Sequence record: OR620964.1 | Strand: one strand, 5' to 3' | DNA length: 64,000 nucleotides | Shown here: piece after piece, positions 45,249 through 53,807 of the stretch | Position numbering within the stretch: position 1 is the stretch's first letter | How the letters are laid out: every line of letters starts with the position of its first letter | Program-made: the position numbers and the translations under genes | The notes under the pieces: generated by a model | Seen by the model: the letters and a program-made list of their open reading frames with translations, nothing else | The model's database searches: none | Told to the model about the DNA's origin: nothing

Positions 45249-46313
45249 TTATTTTCTCTTCTGTTGCGTTACCTTTTCTATACGATTCCATCCTAACTTC
45301 TTTGCAGGAATAAGACATTTACTTCCGTGCTTATCCTTTAGTGCCAGACGTACTTCTTTAATTATTTCTTTAGGTGCGTTATCCGGGTCCATCTTTACTA
45401 ACTTGCCTCTATCATCTTTCTCTCTAGGCAGTTTAAAATGTAGAACGCGAATATGACCATTAGATGCACCAAACGAAGCAGTGATATTATTACGAAGTAG
45501 TTTACCACCACCATCATTGTCTGTCATTGTATAGACTGTATGCACACCTAGAAGCTCTATCGATCGTCGCTTAACATCACCGAACTGCTCGGCTCCCAGG
45601 ACAGCAAGTGCTGGTATTCCTTGCGAGATAAGAGCGAGTGCATCACGCGGACCTTCAACAATAACAACATAGTTGAGTGCATACTTTCGAAGTAAGTCTT
45701 TTACTAGCTGTAGTGGAAACAGACCTTTCTCTTTGGCCCAATCACCTTGTGAGTTAACATAACTCGTACCAGTAAACTGTTTTGATAAGTATGCAGCAAT
45801 ACCACCTACATACTTTGTACCACTCTTGCAAGGGAAGAAGCAAATGTTTGTGCCTGTTCGCTGTGCGTTTAGAAGACCACCGGCCGCACGAACAAGAGAG
45901 CCAGGATAACCACGCCAGTCAACATCATCAGGCCATTCCATATAGCTTGGTCTACCTAGTGCTTTCATCAATGATACTAACGATGGATATGTACCAATCT
46001 TTGTACCCATCTTATCATAGATGGTGCGCAATGCTGATAGTGAGTTCTCACCAGCATCTTTCAAGCGCCACTCTTTGATTTCTGCTAGCCCTACTTTTCT
46101 GGCCAACACATTCCAATGGCCTTTCTCTCCGCAGCCGAAGCAATGGAAGCTGCCAAGAGGTATTTCCATACCTACCGCAGTATAGATACCACAGCTAGGA
46201 CTTCCATCTGCATGGAAAGGACAACACACCATAACAGAGTCACCCGCAAACTTCTTATCGCCTTCTATCTTTCCTATCTCATCCATTATGAGTTGGTGAA
46301 CATCTTCTGCCAT
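45249..46313 (-). CDS. dnaG: DnaG-type DNA primase (zinc finger plus TOPRIM)
   Basis: CCPFH...FHCFGC zinc finger; VVIVEGPRDALAL; MTDNDGGG. Confidence 0.9.
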   Translation of the reverse strand: MAEDVHQLIMDEIGKIEGDKKFAGDSVMVCCPFHADGSPSCGIYTAVGMEIPLGSFHCFGCGEKGHWNVLARKVGLAEIKEWRLKDAGENSLSALRTIYDKMGTKIGTYPSLVSLMKALGRPSYMEWPDDVDWRGYPGSLVRAAGGLLNAQRTGTNICFFPCKSGTKYVGGIAAYLSKQFTGTSYVNSQGDWAKEKGLFPLQLVKDLLRKYALNYVVIVEGPRDALALISQGIPALAVLGAEQFGDVKRRSIELLGVHTVYTMTDNDGGGKLLRNNITASFGASNGHIRVLHFKLPREKDDRGKLVKMDPDNAPKEIIKEVRLALKDKHGSKCLIPAKKLGWNRIEKVTQQKRK

Positions 46314-46352
46314 ACCCTATCTCCACACTAATTTCATCATGTATATAGCTAG

Positions 46353-46361
46353 TATTTACAG
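46353..46361 (-). promoter_or_regulatory. Putative phage promoter motif CTGTAAATA
   Basis: Exact motif oriented toward the lone minus-strand primase gene, 40 nt upstream. Confidence 0.65.
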
Positions 46362-46384
46362 TAAAACAAGCGGCGGAGCCCACT

Positions 46385-46705
46385 ATGAAACAGCGCTATG
46401 TAGAAAAAGCTATTCGTCAATTCTATGCACCCCATTGGTTGCGACTGAGTGATGAATTAGGCGTAGACCCAAGAACCTGTGGCCACTTCAATCGTCAAGG
46501 CGATATGATTGGTCTGAATATAACGACAAGCACAGAACTACCTGTGGTATTAAAGCTCGCCCATCTGGAGCTTATTAGGACTGTAAATGAAGGAGAGGAA
46601 GGTGAGATTCCCGTAGTTCGTACTACTTATAAATTTGGTGCTCACTTTTATGAATTCATTTACTTCGCGAACAATATTGCGATAGGCGAGAAGACCAGTG
46701 AGTAG
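46385..46705 (+). CDS. Hypothetical protein, 106 aa
   Basis: GGAG RBS. Confidence 0.75.
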   Translation: MKQRYVEKAIRQFYAPHWLRLSDELGVDPRTCGHFNRQGDMIGLNITTSTELPVVLKLAHLELIRTVNEGEEGEIPVVRTTYKFGAHFYEFIYFANNIAIGEKTSE

Positions 46706-47774
46706 ATCCTTTGATTCAATACCGCCGGCGTTCAAACGAGACTTATCGCGTATTGGGCGTCTGATAGATGCGGCTCTTGATGTATCAGTTCAAGAAAAGC
46801 GTTATCCAAAGAAGCGTGTTAGCCCGTCTATGTTTCCTATCTGTAGTGTGCAAGAGTACGCCAAGCAGATATACCAGAAGCATCGTGGTTACATGACAGG
46901 CTCGGCAGGTACCATGCTGAATATATTTGCTAAAGCAGGTACTGGTATGCATGAGTCTGTGCAGAACGCGCTAGGTCATAGTGGTCAGATGGTTGGCCAC
47001 TGGAAGTGTACCAATCGTGATTGTCCTAAACACGCTTTAACTAAAGATGTTTGGGCTAACGGTAAGCGCGTAAAGAGAGGAAAGTTCACACGGACGTTCA
47101 GCACAGACAACATGTGCCCAAGCTGCAAGAAGCCTATGGCGTATAGTGAGCTTAAGGTTCTATACAAAACGTTAAAGGGATATGTCGATGGATTGATAGA
47201 TAACCTTGATGGCACCTATAGCCTGATAGATTTAAAATCAACAACTATCACTAAGGGCGAAGACGGTACCTTCTTTGTTAAGTATCACCGTTTCCAGATT
47301 GCTACGTATGCGTACCTGTTGAAGAAACGATATGGGTTTAACATTGTAGATTATACTCTTGTCTATGTACCTAGAGACAACCCGAAGAAGTTTGTTGAAA
47401 AGTCTTTTCGTTTTGATGATCAAGAATCAAAGGCAGCATTTGACTTTATGAAAGTTCAGATCGATGCTTGGGATGCAGTTCTTGATGCGACTAAAAAGAA
47501 AGACCCGCACATCGCTATGGCGAAAAAGCCGTGCAAGAACGAGGACTATTACTGGAATGAGTTTCATGGCTACGATACGTGCCCGTTTGTCGATCATTGT
47601 TTTATTGATACACGGCTCACTGAATTTCTTGAACAAATGGAACAGCGGATACTTGCTAATCCTGAGTTCACGTATGCCGAAGTAGTTAAGCCTGTTAGGG
47701 AAAAGAAACAACAAGGCTTAATGCCCAGTAAGAAACCTCAGAAGCACAAGTCAGTCAAACAATTCCAGCTTTGA
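46698..47774 (+). CDS. Cas4/AddB-like PD-(D/E)XK exonuclease with Fe-S cysteines and an inserted zinc ribbon
   Basis: SPSMFPIC, GTGMH, KGYVDGL...IDLKS, QIATYAY, C-terminal PC...TCPFVDHC; insert CTNRDC...CPSC. Confidence 0.8.
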   Translation: MSRSFDSIPPAFKRDLSRIGRLIDAALDVSVQEKRYPKKRVSPSMFPICSVQEYAKQIYQKHRGYMTGSAGTMLNIFAKAGTGMHESVQNALGHSGQMVGHWKCTNRDCPKHALTKDVWANGKRVKRGKFTRTFSTDNMCPSCKKPMAYSELKVLYKTLKGYVDGLIDNLDGTYSLIDLKSTTITKGEDGTFFVKYHRFQIATYAYLLKKRYGFNIVDYTLVYVPRDNPKKFVEKSFRFDDQESKAAFDFMKVQIDAWDAVLDATKKKDPHIAMAKKPCKNEDYYWNEFHGYDTCPFVDHCFIDTRLTEFLEQMEQRILANPEFTYAEVVKPVREKKQQGLMPSKKPQKHKSVKQFQL

Positions 47775-47781
47775 GGCAACT

Positions 47782-48195
47782 ATGCTGCGAGACTACCGAC
47801 GTTCTGTCTACCGCATACAAGAAGCAATAAGTTTGATGCTATGTGCTGGGCAGGACACCACTGAAATGGAAAACCTGATGCTGGCGCTAAAGAAACCACA
47901 TCAGGTAGAAGATAAATCATATTGCGTTACTGTTATGTTGTGCTCTCATACATGCTTGTCACTAGCTAGGTATTATGATGGCCAGAGAGCACTGCGTAAT
48001 AAGCAGCGTGTTCTGATCGATAAGTTCAAGACACCTGAGATAACGCTGAAAATAAAAGATCTAGAGCATTCTGATCTTGCAGTTGCGTCCAATATTGAAA
48101 ACTACTCACGTCTGCTTAGTTATCGGATAGGTATTATTGATGCTATCGTCCAAAACAAGCAGACAAATAATAGATACTATCGTCAGGAGCCCTAA
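47782..48195 (+). CDS. Hypothetical protein, 137 aa
   Basis: GAGG RBS; TAATG coupling. Confidence 0.75.
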   Translation: MLRDYRRSVYRIQEAISLMLCAGQDTTEMENLMLALKKPHQVEDKSYCVTVMLCSHTCLSLARYYDGQRALRNKQRVLIDKFKTPEITLKIKDLEHSDLAVASNIENYSRLLSYRIGIIDAIVQNKQTNNRYYRQEP

Positions 48196-48602
48196 TGGAA
48201 ATCGTAATCAGCCTGAGTGCTACCACTGCGGATAAGAGCCGCACTAAGTTGAATAGTCAGGAGTCAAACACTGGCCATGCAGATTTGAGTGAGTATACAA
48301 ATCTAGAGAAGAAACTGCGCCTGCTCAAAGAAGATAAAGAGCGGGAGAAGATGACAAAAGAAGCTAATCCGGGTGATACTGTAAAGGATAAGAAGAAAGC
48401 TAAACCCGAAAAACCAGCGGCAGATGATACAGGAGATTCGGAAGATGATGATACCTCAACAGATGACGCTGGATCTAGTGATAAGGATGGATCAGGTGGA
48501 AAACCTAAGCCCAAAAAATCAGGAGCAGATGATGAGGCAGACGGGGATGAATTTGGAGACGAGGACTTTGGCGACGAAGACTTCGGAGACGAGGACGCCT
48601 AA
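48195..48602 (+). CDS. Acidic, disordered protein with MEIVISLS tag, 135 aa
   Basis: GGAG RBS; D/E/G-rich tail ending in DFGDE repeats. Confidence 0.8.
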   Translation: MEIVISLSATTADKSRTKLNSQESNTGHADLSEYTNLEKKLRLLKEDKEREKMTKEANPGDTVKDKKKAKPEKPAADDTGDSEDDDTSTDDAGSSDKDGSGGKPKPKKSGADDEADGDEFGDEDFGDEDFGDEDA

Positions 48603-48630
48603 CCGTGAGCCTTGCTTTACCTGTAAGGGT

Positions 48631-49059
48631 ATGGAATGTTATGAGCCTCTAATGCACGACATGATTGCTCTTTGGCGCGAGATCAAAGACTATCACAGAT
48701 GCATAAATGTACCTAAGATAACAAGGATGAATGACTATCTTGTTCTCGACGGTATCTGGCTGCCAGGCAATGCCCAACAGCAATTAGTCAAAGCTGGGTA
48801 TCCAGATACTCAACGGTCATTGATTTGGCTATATACCAAGTTCCGTGCTATGGCACTACGCTATGATCTCAAGCCTGTGATTATCGGACGCTACTTCTTC
48901 AATGCTCTTATTGGAGATCGGCTTTCACAGATGCGTAGTGTTAGTTCACACGAACATGAATTCTATCGAGCACGTCATCCTGATCTAATAAATAAGCTAT
49001 CCATACTGCCCATCACTAAGTCTGATGCGCTGTATGTGATTTCGGGAGTACGATACTGA
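48631..49059 (+). CDS. Hypothetical protein, about 142 aa
   Basis: Start refined to ATG 48631, after the upstream stop; TGATG coupling downstream. Confidence 0.7.
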   Translation: MECYEPLMHDMIALWREIKDYHRCINVPKITRMNDYLVLDGIWLPGNAQQQLVKAGYPDTQRSLIWLYTKFRAMALRYDLKPVIIGRYFFNALIGDRLSQMRSVSSHEHEFYRARHPDLINKLSILPITKSDALYVISGVRY

Positions 49060-49712
49060 TGGCATATAAATCCCTAGCCAAGGCGCCTAAGAAAAGTCCT
49101 GCTGCTAAGAGAGCAGAGATTCGCGCTAAGGTATCACGGCAGATAAAAGCCGGAAAATATGGAGCTGCAATTAAAACAATGAGCGCTGCAAATAAGTCAC
49201 GGCGTATGACAAAAGGTGAAAAGCGCGCAGTCTTAATAGTTCCATTTACTGCTAAGATTGTTCCTCAGCCACCACGCACACCGAAGATGGATGCTGGTGT
49301 TAGCTTAACAAAGTTGATGCGTAATACACCAAGACTGATGCATGAGAATGCCTCAGAGTGTTATGTGTCTGGAGTTAAGAAAGCTAAGACGAAGAAAGGT
49401 CTGCCTATAATTAAGGCCGATGTTCGTCACAAAGATCCTCTGCGTCCTAACAAAACAGTTCGCATTCATGAATGTATGTTTGTTGGGCTGGATGATCCAA
49501 ATAAGCCTATCAGCAAACAGAAGCGCGTTATGGCAACTTGTGCTTGCGAAAACTGGGTGTTCATGTGGGAGTATGCTTGTGCAGAGCATGGCGCTGCCCG
49601 TATCATCTACGGTAACGGTGAACCTCCCACTATGACTAACCCATCGAAGACGCCTGGTCTATGCAAACATTTAATGGCACTTGCTGTTAAGATAAAGGCC
49701 AATGGTGATTAG
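49059..49712 (+). CDS. SWIM zinc-finger protein with basic N-terminus
   Basis: TCACENW...NPSKTPGLCKHL (CxC...CxH). Confidence 0.75.
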   Translation: MAYKSLAKAPKKSPAAKRAEIRAKVSRQIKAGKYGAAIKTMSAANKSRRMTKGEKRAVLIVPFTAKIVPQPPRTPKMDAGVSLTKLMRNTPRLMHENASECYVSGVKKAKTKKGLPIIKADVRHKDPLRPNKTVRIHECMFVGLDDPNKPISKQKRVMATCACENWVFMWEYACAEHGAARIIYGNGEPPTMTNPSKTPGLCKHLMALAVKIKANGD

Positions 49713-49777
49713 TATTTCCTCTATTTGAAAAATATGTAAAGTAGTGTTATACATTCTCTACAATAGGAATCGCAATA

Positions 49778-50002
49778 ATGAAGAATACCTGCATCGTAAC
49801 AATTGGTGTTGCTATGAATCAGACTGTTCAGGCTAACATTGACCGTGCGCTAAAAGCTGGCGCAACTGTGACTGCGGTTCAAGACTCTTACCAAGTAGAA
49901 CTCCCACAGGGAACTGACGTGACCTATGGATCTGATGGTTCAATGTCTTTCCACAAACATATCGGCCCTGAGTTCGATGCAGGCTATTCCTTACCTATGT
50001 AG
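49778..50002 (+). CDS. Hypothetical protein, 74 aa
   Basis: AGGA RBS. Confidence 0.65.
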   Translation: MKNTCIVTIGVAMNQTVQANIDRALKAGATVTAVQDSYQVELPQGTDVTYGSDGSMSFHKHIGPEFDAGYSLPM

Positions 50003-50011
50003 GTATTGATT

Positions 50012-50458
50012 ATGGATCGCGTAATCTTTAACAAAGACTTATTGAAACCTGTTACGACTGTTGATGATATATTAAGAGAGCGTGAGGCTGCTGAGATACA
50101 GAAACACCTCATGGAAATACAAGCGCAGTCTTTCTACGGTGCTGTTACCAATTGTATTTCCAAGCCCACATCATTTAGCATGGAGGATATGCTTAAGGCT
50201 GTAGAGTCAGTAACGAACGCTATTGCTGAATCACATTCAATCCTACTTGATTCAGGACTTGATCTTGATATCGAATATCCATTAACACGGAATGATCTGC
50301 ATCTGGCTATGCGTCGAAACAATATGCCAGAAGACCAGATAGAAAGATCATTTCCAATATCCAAGAAGATAAGCATTGAAGGTTGTGAGAAATTTATCAC
50401 ATACAAATATGTTATTTTCTCTGACCTAGCAAATGTAGGAACTAAGTATGGGATGTAG
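50012..50458 (+). CDS. Hypothetical protein, about 148 aa
   Basis: Start refined to ATG 50012; operonic. Confidence 0.75.
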   Translation: MDRVIFNKDLLKPVTTVDDILREREAAEIQKHLMEIQAQSFYGAVTNCISKPTSFSMEDMLKAVESVTNAIAESHSILLDSGLDLDIEYPLTRNDLHLAMRRNNMPEDQIERSFPISKKISIEGCEKFITYKYVIFSDLANVGTKYGM

Positions 50459-50660
50459 CTCATGTGGACGACGAGTACAGAGAATAACGTATGGTGGTCA
50501 ACGGGAAGTAATGCCTGATCCTACACCAACTGATTCGCTATCTGCCGCTCGACTTACTCCTATGGGATGGGTTAGTACCTGCACCAAGTGTGGTACACAA
50601 TCATTGCCTCAACCCTTCCCTGATTCTATCACTCCTGCCTGTATGTGTAAACGGGATTAA
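50448..50660 (+). CDS. Small Cys-rich protein, 70 aa
   Basis: MGCSSCG...CTKCG...CMC; AGGA RBS. Confidence 0.7.
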   Translation: MGCSSCGRRVQRITYGGQREVMPDPTPTDSLSAARLTPMGWVSTCTKCGTQSLPQPFPDSITPACMCKRD

Positions 50661-50663
50661 GCA

Positions 50664-51443
50664 ATGAAAAGAACGTATGTGAGTTATAACCAGCACAATC
50701 ATGTGCAACAACTACGGTATATCGCTTTTTATCTGGATTGTTTAAAGGCGATTAAGTCTGGTCTCTTGTTACCAGAATGCCCTGACTACTATCTGAGTAG
50801 CGAATCTGAGGACACAGAAGAGTACATGATCCGATTGCATGTGCTTGCTGATAACTATAACAAAGTTGTGCGCCAACATAAAACAAGCGGTGCATTTGGT
50901 GTAGAGTATCAAAACATCTTCAAGTTATATGCCTATATCTCGGGTAGCTTCGATACTCTCTATACTGGCCAGCAGTTAGAATATGTTACGCAGATTGCGG
51001 CACTACGCGAACAAATGCCAGAACTTGATAGTATTGTCGTTCCTGAAATCTATGCACGGGCAGAAGACCAAAGTGCTTATGATTACGCACTACAGGTTAT
51101 GGCGATACTCTCTAAGCAAGAACATTCTCTTGCATACTTTGCATGCCTGACTAGCTACATCATGGAGGATAGCGATTGTTGGATGCCACAGCCTCCTCCA
51201 CCAGTAATCAGTTCCTTCCGTGATATGCCTTACACATTAGCTCAATGGTATGATGCTGTCGTAGCATCAATCACACGCACCGTAAGTAATCTATACCGAG
51301 ATATGGATACTCGTTTTGATGAATTTCGCTATTACGGTACTCATAACATTCAAGCCAAGGCACATGCACTAAATTCTCAACTTGAGCAAGCCTTGTTAGA
51401 TAATAATGGAACACTCCCTTACATGAACGAGGACAAGGCATAA
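50664..51443 (+). CDS. Hypothetical protein, 259 aa
   Basis: Long operonic ORF; TAATG coupling. Confidence 0.8.
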   Translation: MKRTYVSYNQHNHVQQLRYIAFYLDCLKAIKSGLLLPECPDYYLSSESEDTEEYMIRLHVLADNYNKVVRQHKTSGAFGVEYQNIFKLYAYISGSFDTLYTGQQLEYVTQIAALREQMPELDSIVVPEIYARAEDQSAYDYALQVMAILSKQEHSLAYFACLTSYIMEDSDCWMPQPPPPVISSFRDMPYTLAQWYDAVVASITRTVSNLYRDMDTRFDEFRYYGTHNIQAKAHALNSQLEQALLDNNGTLPYMNEDKA

Positions 51444-52363
51444 TGTCTATCGCACGTTTTATCGAAGAGAAACAACTACAAGCACTGTCTGATAAGATTC
51501 AGAAAGAGACTGGTCTCCTTATTCAGTGGCAGGTACTTCGTGGTACTACTATCCCTACCAAAGTAGATTCCGTGAAAGCCAATGTTGAAGAACTCCTTGG
51601 CAGGAAAGTACCTGTGACTGCAAATAACTCAAGGCCTACGGTTACGTACTCTAACTTGCTTGGGGATACTGTTCTTCGTAAGGCACCAAACGTGTTGGAT
51701 ATTCACATTGCTAAACTCCATGGCATCCAATACACGCAGTCGGCATTTGATGATGCTCGTAATTCAATACGAGATCTTATTATTAGTGATCCTAACTATC
51801 ACGGCCAATCTGTCATAAGCAGCAACGAGGACGCAGTGCTATATCGTGTGTTCTATTCGAGTGAATGGTCATGCAAGGAACATCCAGAACTTAACGTTGG
51901 GCGTCCAGTCGGTATGTATCATTGCCAACTTTGTAACAAGCTGCAGGTAGCTGGAATTCTACATAGCAATGCTATCAAAGACCCTATCACGCCATTTGAA
52001 AAAATAACCGAAAATGCCTGGGCTGCTCTTTCTGGATGGGAATATATTAATTATTCCGTATCAGATTCCTGTTTATCTAAGTACCCAACTGCTTTGGTGT
52101 TAGCCGAAGATGGTTTAAACTTCTACATCACATATGAGGATCAGATTCATCCAGAAGTACCGTGTATCGATCTTGAGATCCACTATGATGCTAGACGAGC
52201 ATATGGAAAGACTATCAGACAGCATGTAGAATCTGTGGTGACAGGCTGCCTTACTGACCTTGGTGCTAAGTATACGAACAGTATAATCTCATACGTACCT
52301 GGCCCAATTGACTGTGTTATGATTCGTTTCTTTGAGAAGGCAGCAAATGAAGCCAAACAATAA
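51443..52363 (+). CDS. Hypothetical protein, 306 aa, with a small Cys/His metal-binding motif
   Basis: CKEHP...GRPVGMYHCQLC...AGILH. Confidence 0.8.
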   Translation: MSIARFIEEKQLQALSDKIQKETGLLIQWQVLRGTTIPTKVDSVKANVEELLGRKVPVTANNSRPTVTYSNLLGDTVLRKAPNVLDIHIAKLHGIQYTQSAFDDARNSIRDLIISDPNYHGQSVISSNEDAVLYRVFYSSEWSCKEHPELNVGRPVGMYHCQLCNKLQVAGILHSNAIKDPITPFEKITENAWAALSGWEYINYSVSDSCLSKYPTALVLAEDGLNFYITYEDQIHPEVPCIDLEIHYDARRAYGKTIRQHVESVVTGCLTDLGAKYTNSIISYVPGPIDCVMIRFFEKAANEAKQ

Positions 52364-52994
52364 TCAATTCCTAATCGTTCGGCAGCATCTTATGGCGCTA
52401 CTGTTTTATGTACGTTGCTATACATACGCGCCAAGCAATACCTTATTACCTGTTCCCTATGTGAAAGATTTGCCTACGCTGGAACCAACTGCTATTCGAA
52501 ATATGGCGCAGCGGGCATACTGTGATCTTATCTCATATGGAGCGCCTGAGTTCGTATTGCATCAAGCATTTAGTCTTTTGTTGCTTATCAATCCACAGGC
52601 AGATAAGCAACAATTAAGCGGTATATACGGACTGCGTGGTGCTGTTGGTGAATACTTTATTCAATCACCTTTGTCTGGAAATAATCACGTATGTGATAGC
52701 ACTGTTAGACTTCGGCTTGTTGAGACAGCAACAGCTATCGCCTCTGCGCATTATCTTGTGCAACTACATGCCCAGATTATAAAGTTGCATTCGTATATTC
52801 CCCTGCCTGCTGAGGCATTACCTTTCGATTCTATGACATTCCAAGATATACAATCTTGGTCTTCATCTGAACTTGTCCGAATCAACCAAGAAGCTATTGC
52901 TGTAGGCATGAAATTCCCACAACTTGCTGTGTTAGACTCGCACTATGCCCATGCTGATAGATACTTCGCTACTTATGGATATGAAAATGAATAA
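52347..52994 (+). CDS. Hypothetical protein, about 215 aa
   Basis: Start refined to ATG 52347 (AAGG RBS). Confidence 0.75.
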   Translation: MKPNNNQFLIVRQHLMALLFYVRCYTYAPSNTLLPVPYVKDLPTLEPTAIRNMAQRAYCDLISYGAPEFVLHQAFSLLLLINPQADKQQLSGIYGLRGAVGEYFIQSPLSGNNHVCDSTVRLRLVETATAIASAHYLVQLHAQIIKLHSYIPLPAEALPFDSMTFQDIQSWSSSELVRINQEAIAVGMKFPQLAVLDSHYAHADRYFATYGYENE

Positions 52995-53433
52995 AGCTCG
53001 TGGTGGATACTGGTATTGCGTACCTGATGAGAAATCCTTGTCAATGCTTCGTGGACTGGCCTCAGCGGTTTCTGAACCAGATGACATGGAAGGACTACAT
53101 GTAACTCTGGCCTATGATAATCGAAATCCTTTATCTTCTGTTCAGGTTAATGAAGAAGGTAGCTGGGATGCACGAATTGTAGGAACGGCAATGTTTGGGC
53201 AGGATAAGGACACACTGGTGCTTCTTCTTGAATCGGATGAACTTCAGGCAGAGCATAAGCGTATACACTCTGATGGTGCAAAGTTTGACTTTACTCCGTA
53301 TGCACCACACATTACCCTTGTTACGAATGCACGGGAACTTGAGCGTGAGTGTATTCAAGATATTCTGGATCATCCGAAATGCCCACCATTGATTATTCGT
53401 CTTATTGATCAATGCCGAGAGCTGATCGACTAA
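52987..53433 (+). CDS. acb1: 2H phosphoesterase, Acb1 (T4 57B)-like anti-CBASS nuclease
   Basis: Two HxT motifs, LHVTLAY and PHITL; LVLLLES...GAKFDFTPYAPHITL closely resembles the Acb1 C-terminus as I recall it; start 52987 or 52981. Confidence 0.7.
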   Translation: MNKARGGYWYCVPDEKSLSMLRGLASAVSEPDDMEGLHVTLAYDNRNPLSSVQVNEEGSWDARIVGTAMFGQDKDTLVLLLESDELQAEHKRIHSDGAKFDFTPYAPHITLVTNARELERECIQDILDHPKCPPLIIRLIDQCRELID

Positions 53434-53441
53434 ACATATAA

Positions 53442-53464
53442 GGGAGCCTTAGCGTTCCCTTTTT
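53442..53464 (+). terminator. Rho-independent terminator
   Basis: GGGAGC-CTTAGC-GTTCCC-TTTTT. Confidence 0.75.
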
Positions 53465-53483
53465 CCAATTCTAGGAGCAAACA

Positions 53484-53765
53484 ATGCATATCTTAATCAG
53501 TTTGTCTAAAGACCAAACGCTTGCAGAGAAAGCAGAAGAAGCTGCTTCCCGTAAGGCTACTATGTTGATTCAAGGCCCGGATGACCTTGAGAATATGCAG
53601 GAAACGGAGAGCACCAAAGAAAGTGCTAAAAAGACAGAGCAAGAGAAGAAGTTAGAAGATCAGGAAAAACGGTTGTCTGGACTAGGTAAGCCTGACCCGG
53701 AGAAAGATCCAACGCACAGCGGCTCCGATATTCAAGATGAGCATGACCAAAGAATTCAACTATAA
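53484..53765 (+). CDS. Acidic, charged protein with MHILISLS tag, 93 aa
   Basis: GGAG RBS; lies between a terminator and a promoter motif. Confidence 0.8.
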   Translation: MHILISLSKDQTLAEKAEEAASRKATMLIQGPDDLENMQETESTKESAKKTEQEKKLEDQEKRLSGLGKPDPEKDPTHSGSDIQDEHDQRIQL

Positions 53766-53766
53766 T

Positions 53767-53775
53767 CTGTAAATA
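53767..53775 (+). promoter_or_regulatory. Putative phage promoter motif CTGTAAATA
   Basis: Exact motif 33 nt upstream of the sigma gene. Confidence 0.6.
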
Positions 53776-53807
53776 GAGAGTACGAGCTACCAGAGGTCTT
53801 TATCTCT

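Noticed and set aside
46698-47774. CRISPR-Cas locus suggested by the Cas4-like gene
   Set aside because: No repeat-spacer array and no other cas gene seen in the window
48424-48630. 5' extension of ORF 48424..49059
   Set aside because: It overlaps the acidic gene 48195..48602 in another frame; a better start exists at 48631
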